A stretch of DNA of 49,408 nucleotides, the filler included, from Trypethelium eluteriae (taxonomy: Eukaryota): the NCBI GenBank assembly GCA_051942245.1. It is 2 parts of 2 records of this genome, joined end to end, with 100 filler letters (N's around TTAATTAATTAA, not from the genome) between each part and the next. Parts side by side here need not be neighbours in the genome. Positions count along the whole stretch, not along the records: positions 1 to 24,655 come from JAVECL010000398.1; 1 more part is not named here. The stretch is one strand, 5' to 3'. The notes under the pieces are model-generated. The model did not search any database, was not told the DNA's origin, and saw only the letters and a list, made by a program, of their open reading frames with translations. Shown one piece after another: positions 1-9,712 of this stretch (positions within the stretch are counted from its first letter, which is position 1; each line of letters opens with the position of its first letter). The position numbers were made by a program, and so were the translations under genes.

Positions 1-2688
1 GGATTCGTGCCTGGCGTGCGGACAGGGGAGGAGACAGGGGACTGCGCGAGATGTACGATAGAATGGAGTAATCGAGTAATCGAGATCGGAATTGAGAGAT
101 TTGCTCCGTGGGTTGATTTTCTGTCTTGTCATTACGGCCTCATCTCCACTTGAGGACTACGTGGCGTGAGGCCCCGTTCTTGCCTCACCTTTCAATACCG
201 CCAGAGATGCCATTCATGATCTACAGAGGTGAGGCTGAGTCCTGCCCCGCTAGGCAGACGCCACAATAAATGCTCTGCTATTGCATGGACACATTCGGAG
301 TTCTCTCCGGAGCATGGCGAGGGACTCGGTGCTAGTTTCAACCTCGGCATGTGACATCTGCATCTTGAAAATGTACATAAATGCTTGTCATGATTTCCTC
401 TGCATTTGTTGGAATTGGGTCAGCCAACGTTAAATCAGGCCACTTCTTCTCCACTGTTCGATCGATGGCGCACCAAGCCCACCTAAGAAATCACGAATGC
501 CCGATGATAGGGGCAGAGGTGACTTGAGATACTCTCCTCCAGCAACTAGAGAAAATCATATCACAGTTACACCGATGTTCTCCGCTCTCTCCAGATCTCG
601 TATGTACGCCCCCTTTCCAGACAAAACTCCTGAGCAGTATGCGAAATGATTCTCGCATCGAAAGATTTCATCCAGTAGGTGGCTGCGTAGTCACAATGCA
701 TTTGCCACAGCTTTCTGGGTCCAGATTGTTTGTGTAGCCATATGCACCACCTGATACCCTCTCGGCCTTGTCTCTTCCTGTTCTGCTTTTCACACGCTTT
801 CCAGTCTTTCAGTTTTGATTTGGTCGCTGTCTCTCTGCGGGCGTATTTCTCTGTTACGATTCACACTCATAAAGAGCACAGACCAACATGATAAAACGGC
901 GAAGAGCGAGCTAATACAGGATAGGAAGAGCAAGAACCAAGACGCGCCGCAAGAACCTCCATTCCTCGATGCTGATTTACCCGGCCGTTGATCAATCTGC
1001 TACATGAACCAGTCTGACAGTGACGCAGTACTGCAGCCACGATCAGGCCATTTCTCGGCGCTCTCGCCATGCAGCAACGGGCTGTTAACCCTGAATGCAT
1101 CCTGCACGACAGCCGTTCCCAGCAACCCGGCTCTCCAACGGCACTTAAATTGGGCTGATCGAGGATGCATACCCGATCTGCTGGTCTAAAATGGTGACTG
1201 CATAAGAGAAGGAGGGTGGGATGAGGCCCGACGATCGAAGCCGCATTAAAAGGGAAGCTCGCGTGTCCAGGCTGCATGAGGGGGCCACAGGCCGATCTTT
1301 GAGGCTGCACAGGAGAGGTGTAACTCGAGGCTTACTTTCCCAAATTACATCCATGACGTGCTTCAGAATGATGCAGAGGTCATGCAGGGAGGCTGATGGG
1401 TTGGGAGACCGAGTACCTGGGAAGGTATGTATTACGGAGCAGCTATAAGTCAGGCTGCTAGTGACAAAGTGGGCCATGGCAGCGAGTACGAGGAGATATG
1501 GAGATGCAAACAGCAGCAATGTTCCCCTGTGGATATGATATTCATATTCTCCTTTCGCCTTTGCTCGATGGCGGGCTCAGTGTGTGGCTCACTGTCTCTC
1601 TCTCTCGTCTTCTGCAATACCTGCCCTCTTGAGCATTTGCTCGTAGGGGAAGGAGACTTCCACTCGTCCATTAGCCAAGGATATCCTCTACTTTTACAGA
1701 CTCCTAGATCGGATCGATCCGGAGACACTCTCAACCCTAAAGCAGGAAAGCATCTATGAAAAAGGCAAAGCGCGAAACGAAAAGGATTCACACCAAGTCT
1801 TTTTTGGTTTGGCCGCACAGACTGACGAGCGATCTCGCTGCAACGCACCATTGAGCAACTGCAGGCTGAGACTTAAGCGTGCTGGCCAATTTATATTGGT
1901 ACTCAATCCAGAGATGGGATGAACTCAAAAAGCTCAGAGCCTGCACATCAATTTCATCAAATCAGAGTTGATAGTGTGAGGTGTTTCAGAAAAGCCTTGA
2001 AAACTTGGAAGGTTAAGGTATCGTACTACTTAATCCACGTGACTTACTGCGGTGAGTGCACGACCACCCATCAAATATAGTCCTATATGCTTTTTCCAAG
2101 TACGATGCTCTTCCGTAGATAACATTATGTTTGTTCGATTAGTGGTCGCTGAATGAAGTCATTCGCTTACTTTAGCTAAGATGAGATGGCGCGTTCGCAT
2201 CCTGAAATTAACTGAGGGTGTGCTCGATCTTCCTGCGGCAGAGCTACGGCTGCAGTAAGGACACCATCAGCTTCTAGGATCTTACAGTGAGGGAATGCAC
2301 GATTTTTCGTAATGGAAATAAGTCTCCCCAAAATTTTATATTTGCTATCTGCTGCCTGCGAAGCTACGAACTTGGTTGCTGTGCGATCTGTCGAAACGAG
2401 CGTACAGGTAACCCCCATCCCCCAATCTTCCCACCGAACCGAAAGTCAAGAAATCAAAGCCAAGCGAGTGGATATATCCTCACCGCCACCTTAAAGCAAT
2501 CAAATCCATACAGCTCAAAGGAAATAGAAGTCCATTGCGTCGCGTGCGTTTCCTCCCAGCGAATTTGGCTAGTGTGGAGGTCCGCTCGCTGAAGCTATCT
2601 ATCGAATCTTCTGTCAGTCCTACAACTTGATTTCGAGTCACGTTGAGGAACCACTCACCTTTCAAGCTCTTCGCTCTGAAGGAAGCGC

Positions 2689-3300
2689 TTAGACGACGCC
2701 AGTGGGGAGCTGAATCAAGCCCGTAGCGGTAGCACCAAGACCACCGAGGATACCAGTGGGGAGACCGAGTTCGGCAAGCAGACTGATGACTGCATCGACA
2801 GAGATATCGATGGTATCGCCGTTGAGGGCGGCAACGTTCAAAAGCTGGGCGCAGTCAAGGATGGAGATTCCGATGTTCTTGCACTCGTCGAGGAACTGGT
2901 TGCCGTTGTTCACAGCTCCACTGGGAGCAGCGTTTCCGCCGCCAACGTTAACAGTGTCGCCGTTGAGAAGGGCGATGTTGAGGAGCTCAGCGCAGTCGGC
3001 AACAGAGATGCCCAAATTGAGGCACTGATTGGTGAATTCGTTGCCGTTGTTAGTCGGGGTAGCCGTGGCCGAGGCGCTAGTGGTCGTGGGAGTAGACGAC
3101 TGCGTGGTGGTAGGTGGAGCAGACGACTTGGAAGTAGGTGGAGCAGATGACTTGGAAGTAGGCGGAGCAGACGACTTCGAGGTGTAAGTTGGAGCAGGCG
3201 CCTTTGAGGTGGTGGTTGGGTATTTCGGGGGAGAACCACCGGGAGCAGCGACGGCTGCAACGATGATGGAAGCGAAAGCGATGATGGATTGAGCGCGCAT
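2689..3300 (-). CDS. Secreted Ser/Thr/Pro-rich protein (203 aa) with two 47-aa two-Cys hydrophobic repeats; putative cell-surface protein
   Basis: Intronless ORF with biased codon usage; signal peptide MRAQSIIAFASIIVAAVA; mucin-like stalk; repeats NNGN(E/Q)FxxxCxNxGISxxDCAxLLNxAxLNGDT; TATATAAA 133 nt upstream. Confidence 0.85.
   Translation of the reverse strand: MRAQSIIAFASIIVAAVAAPGGSPPKYPTTTSKAPAPTYTSKSSAPPTSKSSAPPTSKSSAPPTTTQSSTPTTTSASATATPTNNGNEFTNQCLNLGISVADCAELLNIALLNGDTVNVGGGNAAPSGAVNNGNQFLDECKNIGISILDCAQLLNVAALNGDTIDISVDAVISLLAELGLPTGILGGLGATATGLIQLPTGVV
3110..3181 (-). repeat. 3 x 24-bp tandem repeat encoding TSKSSAPP
   Basis: gtaggtggagcagacgacttggaa unit repeated three times with synonymous changes. 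Confidence 0.9.
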
Positions 3301-3432
3301 ATTTGCTGATTTATAGTGAAAGACTGAAGAATCAATTCAGTGAGTGATTTGAGGGATGGGCTGTACGAAGACTGGATCTCTGAACTCTGGGAAGCTGGTG
3401 AGGAATCATGAAAAGGAGGGAATGGAGCGAGG

Positions 3433-3440
3433 TTTATATA
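3433..3440 (-). promoter_or_regulatory. TATA box of the secreted-protein gene
   Basis: TATATAAA on minus strand followed by pyrimidine-rich leader before ATG at 3300. Confidence 0.6.
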
Positions 3441-4439
3441 GACGTCGTGGTATGCACGAGATATCACATCTTTTGGAAATCAATAGCGTCTATTGCGGAT
3501 GAGTGGAAGGGATAGGAGATGTGGTGTAGCTTCGCACATGAGCTCCCTGTACACTAACAATCCCCTGGAAGAGAGCAACATGGGACTTTACAAGTGGGTC
3601 TAGACTTCTAGACCTCTCGATGCATCGTCGATTCGAATTCACGATCGATGTTTGTGAGAGCCCTTGGCAAGCGTTCTTTCCAGATGAATGCCGGCAATGG
3701 ACCGTCCATAGCGTCATTTAGGTCGTACCATGAACGCCATCTCGACTTAAAGAGACGACTTTCAGCTACTGCACAGAAGTCTCTAGGCCAATGCAAGCCA
3801 TTTAATCAGCGGCGAGCTATTCTGCGTACGCGAGTACGCCTTGTTGCCAACTTGTAGAGAGTCCCAGCGAGCCACAGTCGGAACTTGAACGGCCTGACTT
3901 TCAAAATCGGGATGCGATATGGCTTGAGCCAGACTCTGGATGGGAAAGATATCTGGTTGAACTATCTTCTTGTTGGCTACTTGATCGAAGGTACGATGCA
4001 GGACAACGCCGTTCGATGGCATTGTAGTCGCCTCATGATGGGCGCCAGATGCCGTGTCGCGTTCGATTTCCCCCAGCATGGATAATATCTTGCTCTGTAG
4101 TTCCCATCTACTGGACCGATGGGTTGGTAATTAGGGTCGCGTCGCCGAAATTTTCCACTAGGCCGGTAGCGCCACGAACATCTCTGCTTCAGAAAGCGTG
4201 TTGCGGCAGCAGCTCGGTGTAGTGAAGTACTGGCCGCTTCTAAAATTGTCACAATACTGTATGTACGCGCCCTGAACTTCTTGCCAGTTGCGCACATGGT
4301 CCACACCAAGGAGAGCTAAGACTAATGATGGAAATGCCACTGACCAAAACTTACATTTAGGCTGAAACGTCTCTTCATGTAGTTGAATTCTGTTTGTAAT
4401 ACATTAAGTGAGAACCCCAGTTTGTGAGGCCAGCGTAAG

Positions 4440-6566
4440 CCTTCCCAAGATTGAGGAATTCGTCTATCGAGTCATCGACGGTGTTATGAAATGAGATTAT
4501 AGTTTTGCTAACAAGCAATAATACACGAGACGTACGTACTGCAGCAGTGAAGGTTTGAAAATTTGTTCTTACAGTAAATAAAGTAGAAGGGCCCGGCAGC
4601 TTCCGGTAGTTTTCAAATTCCACCTGTAGACGGGCCCATCATCGCGGTCACAGGATCACGTGGAGTAAGATTGCCGGTTAGGATCTTGCGATGATTACCA
4701 CGATCGCCGTGACATTGCAGCAGGGCTACATTGATGTATTACATGGAACATGCAGATCTGTACCTAAGAATCAGGCGGGAAGAAGAGTTGTGATGGGGAC
4801 ATGCTCATTTGGTGACGTTGATGTCTGGTTTAGGGGGCGGTGGAGTGTTAGCCGCAGTGCTTGGCACGCTAGCCCCCGGAGTTTTCAGGAAGTCGTTGCC
4901 AAGCACGTACCTTCCTGGAGCCCACCATTGGCGTTGGCTCCAGCATACCTAACACCCCTAAGGTACCTAGTCAGATGCGGGTAGAAGGCAGGAGCGGCAG
5001 GCCAGGCGCACTTGCCACATCTGGAGGCCGGCTTAGGTGATGACAGGAACGCGGGCCGTGGCGTGTGGAGTACCGCACCCCGCCATGCCGCAATTGGCAG
5101 ACATCGCTTCCACTCCACCTCTTTGAGCCGTCGCTTACCGCCGAGCAAGACTAATCATGCATCGCTTGCAGACTGCCGACTCGCCAACCGTCTCGTGCCT
5201 CCTGTCACTGAGGCATCGCGTAGGCTAAATGCCACGTTAATTCCTTCTCTGGCGCTTCAGGAACACCCCGTCGGCGTTCTGGCTCGGCCCAGAGAAGCTT
5301 GGCCGCATCGAAGCTTTCTCTGTGCCCGTCCATCTGGCCACGCCGTCCATGCTAGAGCCAATCATTGGGGCCTGAAATCGGTCTGAATGGGTGGAATCGC
5401 GCCACAGCTCCTTACAGACAATTTGGGGCGTTTGGCTGTTGAGCTTGTGGCGGAACGTACGGGACCGGCTGAGCCATTCCATGGCTTAATTGAAAGGCCC
5501 ACCAGCAACGCCCCATTTCAGACGTCGACTGGGAATACAAAGCGTATTTCCGACTGCATTTGCAGACCGGAAAGTTGACCGCGTGGAGACGCACCCCACA
5601 ATCGGAGTTTAGGTTCATCCACAATTGCAACCTCCTCCAGTCTGGCTGTCGGGCGAGTCTTTCGCTCAGATGGTTGGACAAAGGGAACCACGAAGGTTTC
5701 GGGTGGGCCGACGGGTGGGCGGGCGGCCTGGACGGAAGCACATGGCCACTAGCCTGAAGGAGTTGTTCAGGCCCGGTAAGAGTAAGGCCTTGAAGATGAG
5801 AGGTTGAAAGCAAGAAGAGCACATCAGCGACATGTCCGTTGCTGCTTCACCTCTGCGTGTCTGCATCCTCCATCCATCTTACTACCCGCCCTGAATGTCC
5901 CAATATCCTGTCTAGGTAGTCCCTGCCCTGGTGGACGCCTGTGGAACTTCGCTGCTCTGATCGTCCCTAAAATTCAGTGCATGCGTCGGCCTTTTAGTCT
6001 CTGGGGCTAAATGTAAATAGTAGGGTTTTCTAGATGCGCCTGAGGGACGACTAAGGGGCCGTTTAGCGTCCTCGGAGTCGACTCACCGTTTGGATATTAA
6101 CTTAGCCTTTTGACTTTGACACTATACTCTACACCTGGCCAATTAAGGGCCTACCTCCGTAGACCAAGGTAAGCGAGCCCCAAGTACATGGACGACCCGC
6201 CATCGCTGAACTCCCGCATCAGCTGAGGATGTACTTAGGAGAGCGGATCTCTGTTCATGGCGTTCTTTGAAATCCCACTCTAACTTCTAGATTCATCATT
6301 GCTTCGCAGACCTCGGTTGCTGCAATGTCAGTCCTGCTTTGAGTCTAGCCTGTGTCAGTTTTCATCCAAGAGTCTAGAGATCAGACTTAGTGCGTGGAGT
6401 TTTGGAAACATTTGAGCAAGATAAATATAAATCGACAGAGTCATTCTTCATGGGGCAAAGGGGGACATCGGTAATGCAGACTAGGAATAGTCGAAGACGC
6501 ATAGATTAATAGTAAAACCGATGCCATCGATCGAAGTGTCATCTCACTCAGCCATCAGCGGGGAGG
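4440..6566 (+). ncRNA. Long highly structured non-coding RNA candidate (~2.1 kb; telomerase RNA hypothesis); boundaries approximate
   Basis: Nested long-range helices 4474-4484/6521-6531, 4609-4623/6394-6409, 4710-4722/6318-6330 (perfect 13 bp), 4826-4832/6160-6166, 5222-5241/6096-6108, 5702-5712/6077-6087 plus >12 local hairpins; non-Watson-Crick pairs are mostly G-T rather than A-C; no credible ORF. Confidence 0.6.
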
Positions 6567-6594
6567 AATTTGGTGCTATCGGACCCCAGAGATG

Positions 6595-9320
6595 TTAATC
6601 TCTGAGCGGATGTTCTATGCCCTGTCCCTCAGCTTGTGCTGAATTTTGAGTAATGCCTAAATCGCACTTTTGAGCTTCCCAGTAATTTCGCAGTGCCTCA
6701 GCCCTCATCAGTTTACGAGGTGCGCGCCTGCCTGTGAACAACTCAAACTGAGCGAATGCCTGCTCAGGCAGCAGCTCCAGCCCGTCTACAGTTACCCAAC
6801 CTCGATGAGCCTCGGCGGCGATCTGCTCCAACAAGGGGGTTGCAAGCGGCTTGTAAGCCATCTATGTGAATGCAACCCGGTTAGACTCTGCAATAGCGGT
6901 TGCTTCAAATAACTTACCTCGACAACCACGCCTCCTGTTGGGCTTTGGAGCCACTGACGCGGCATGGTGAAGTTTGCTGCAGGATTTCCTGCAATGTCAT
7001 GGGCGGGTATACAGGAAACGACAATGGTCGGTTGATGGAAGCTTGCAGGCCAAGGGTCTGCGAGAGACTCGATCACCCGGACTACACTCCTGCCATGCTG
7101 GTGTCCCTCATTGCATGACATTCCAGATCCGGCACTGGGTGCCAAGGCATGGAACCCAGACCCGTTATAATGTGCAGCCAACTTTTCGGCGTTCGTCGTG
7201 GATCGGTTATAAAGGAAAATATGTTGGACGCCGAGCTGGATCATGGCATAGACCGTAGCGCGTGCCATTCCACCTGCTCCAATCACCAAGCCTGTTGTTC
7301 TCGGCCCAACGGCATTGATGGGAGAGAGACCACGTCTAATGCAGGTCCGCACACCGATCCAATCAGTGTTATCCCCATGAAGGAACTTTACAGTTCCTGC
7401 GCGGTTCCGCTCTTCGAAAAGGGAGAGTTCGCTAAGTTGCCCGTCCACTGGAACGGACTGACGAACAGGAATGAGAGTATTGACAGCACCGATGGCTTTT
7501 GCGTGAGGACTCAAACTATGTGTCAGCGCAATGACTTCTGTCTTGAAAGGTGGGTTCACTGCTGTTCCCCCAAAATGATCATCATTCACCATCTGCCGAA
7601 TAACATCCAGCGTTTCTGTCTGCCACACCAGGAAACTATGAGGCATCCCGCAGCACTTGTAAGCCGCGTTGTGCATTGCAGGAGACAGGGTGTATGCGAT
7701 TGCAGCCCCAATGATGTAGAATTTCATCGGCTCTAGGACAAAAGATGCATAGAGTGAACGCGTGCACTCCCTTGCGGTCAGGGCTGGAAACGATGGTATT
7801 GCTGGAAGGCCTGTCCCTTCTGGACGAACAGGCGTCAGAGTCGAATTGAAGCACAACGACATGCGTCCGATAGGACCGGTATTGTACGCGATGAGAGCCA
7901 CGTCTGGTTGTAATGCATACGTTCGTCGCCTGAAATTCTGCAACGCGAAGTTGTCCCAAATCTTATCAGCTGGCATGTTGATTCGACATGCATCCAGGCT
8001 CAGCTTGCATGCCCGCTCGAAAAGCATGAGACACTGGCCATCTTCCCATCCACTCGAAGGTCGTGAAGCAAACGTGTGGTGCCCCATTAATTTTGAACGA
8101 CCCTTCCCTTTACTCAGTTGCAAAATGACTTCATCGTCCAGAAGGAGATCGACGGTCACATACTCCGGACCAAGCCGTAGGCAATGAGCAACCAGGCTAC
8201 GATATTGTTGGTGATGTAGGCCGCCGTCGCCGGGAGCGATGACTTCGCCAAATTGCACATGAAACATTACAGGAACGACGGTATCCCGGCGTACGATTGT
8301 CAGCGCACGTCCAAACTCATTCAATCTGCTGGCGGACGTTACCTCGTGGTCTATAGACGAGGACACGTTGTCGACTGATATTTCGAACAGATCGCAAGCC
8401 ATTTCCAGATCCTCTATGCTGCAAGAGCCGGATAGAATGTCCTTCAGAGGCACTCTAACTGCATATGTGAAGGACTTCGACTGGACCGCTATCCTGGATA
8501 GTGGATATGTTGACTCCCGAAATGGGATTGTCAGTACACCCCCGGTAATTTGACCTAGAAATTTGAGGAATTCCCTTTCCACACGCTTCAGTGTAAGAAA
8601 AGGAGTCTTAGGAGAAATCTGACCCGTAGCAAGCCTGCGAAATTCGGATACTCCTTCCGCGTCTTCCGTCGTCGAGTCGGCAGAAATATCTTCTGTAAGG
8701 TTGTAGAACTCGAAATTAGAGCAGGCACGCAAAGCGGATCCACCTACATCCATTAGATGCTCAATCCTCGCTCGACTCCGGCCTGGGAGACAGCGATGCA
8801 AACTTTGGACGTCCCGGACGACGTGGATCACAGGATGTGACTTCGTGTAGTCTTGTATCATTGCCTGAGCTCCACGTCCCATCGAGACCGGATTGCACAC
8901 AATCACGCATCCCGTCTGGCACGTCGACAAGACGGCTTGAAGGACTTCTAGGAGAGCCTGATGGTGAGCTGCAATACCGAATGCTTTTCGGTGCGTGTTC
9001 AACGAGTGACCGGTGACTTTCCGAAAATGCCGGTCTATTTCAATAAGGCGTAGATTGCAGATTGTCGATACCATCACGGCCAGACTAGATTTACCGGTTC
9101 CCTGAAGGCCAACTAGGACAACTGATGCCTTTGCATCGAAGATCCGCGAAGTACGTGTCGACGCTTCTATCATCGCTTCTGAATCCTTCGGTGGGCCATT
9201 CACTCCCTCTGTCGGAACGTGCCTTACTTTCTCTAAGGAGGCTTCATGAGTTGTCGCATCATCTTCTCTTGCTCGTCCATAGCTCTCGATGTGAAGAGCA
9301 GTGGTCAGATTTTCCGTCAT
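6595..9320 (-). CDS. qutR: Quinate repressor QutR/QA-1S (shikimate-kinase-like + type I DHQase-like + shikimate-DH-like domains); join(6918..9320,6595..6861), ~889 aa
   Basis: [10 protein letters not shown]-loop, [77 protein letters not shown] intron 6862-6917; divergent from qutA. Confidence 0.95.
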
Positions 9321-9712
9321 AAGTCACATTCGCGGGTCCATGCATATCGCGTTCAACATGGGCGCAAGTGTTCAAGGTTTTGATGCCATCTTCGAGTTTG
9401 GAGCTGACCAATACACCAGAATAGACGCGATGTGAACGTCTTTTCGATCACCCAGGGATCTTTAGGTTAGGTAGATCAGACGCGATAGGGCCCTCGGGAA
9501 GGGAACAACCTCCTCGGAACGCCTTACCGCAGAATGTCACGTGGCAGCCGAATTAGGCAGGTGATCCCGGTCGTAGTAAAAGATGCTAATACTGGAGCCA
9601 TAACACTCGTTTCGGGCGACTTGACATTCTTTGCTTTCTGATCTCCGCATTCAACCAGGCTGAGTACTGCAGACGCTATGACAATGGAGCCAACGTATTG
9701 TACACGACAAGC

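Noticed and set aside
867..2665. Overlapping 60-147 aa ORFs on both strands
   Set aside because: No recognisable motifs, Cys/Arg/Ser-rich random composition, no consistent splice pattern; probably intergenic or UTR
2689..3300. Hydrophobin call
   Set aside because: Only four Cys, lacks the eight-Cys pattern with CC doublets
5037..5211. GTGATGA...CTGA as box C/D snoRNA
   Set aside because: The TGACAGGA/TCCTGTCA helix consumes box C, no terminal stem or recognisable rRNA guide seen
5965..5971. CCCTAAA as canonical telomerase template
   Set aside because: Single copy without terminal redundancy and buried in helix 5961-5968/6043-6050
4691..6010. Short ORFs within the structured region (e.g. 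5012-5386, 5412-5822)
   Set aside because: Expected by chance in GC-rich sequence; no domain similarity, mostly non-ATG starts
6223..6272. CTGAGGA...GAAA as hammerhead ribozyme core
   Set aside because: No stem II closing pair or stem I/III with a cleavage triplet could be built
4710..6330. 13-bp perfect inverted repeat as transposon TIR (MITE)
   Set aside because: Pairing continues both inside and outside it with bulges and G-T bias, no target-site duplication or transposase remnant seen; not fully excluded without a copy-number search
6476..6493. CAGACTA/TAGTC as group I intron P7
   Set aside because: The two strands are adjacent in a simple tetraloop hairpin; no P3/P8 between them
7149..8187. 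195-aa and 141-aa plus-strand ORFs
   Set aside because: Antisense shadows of qutR
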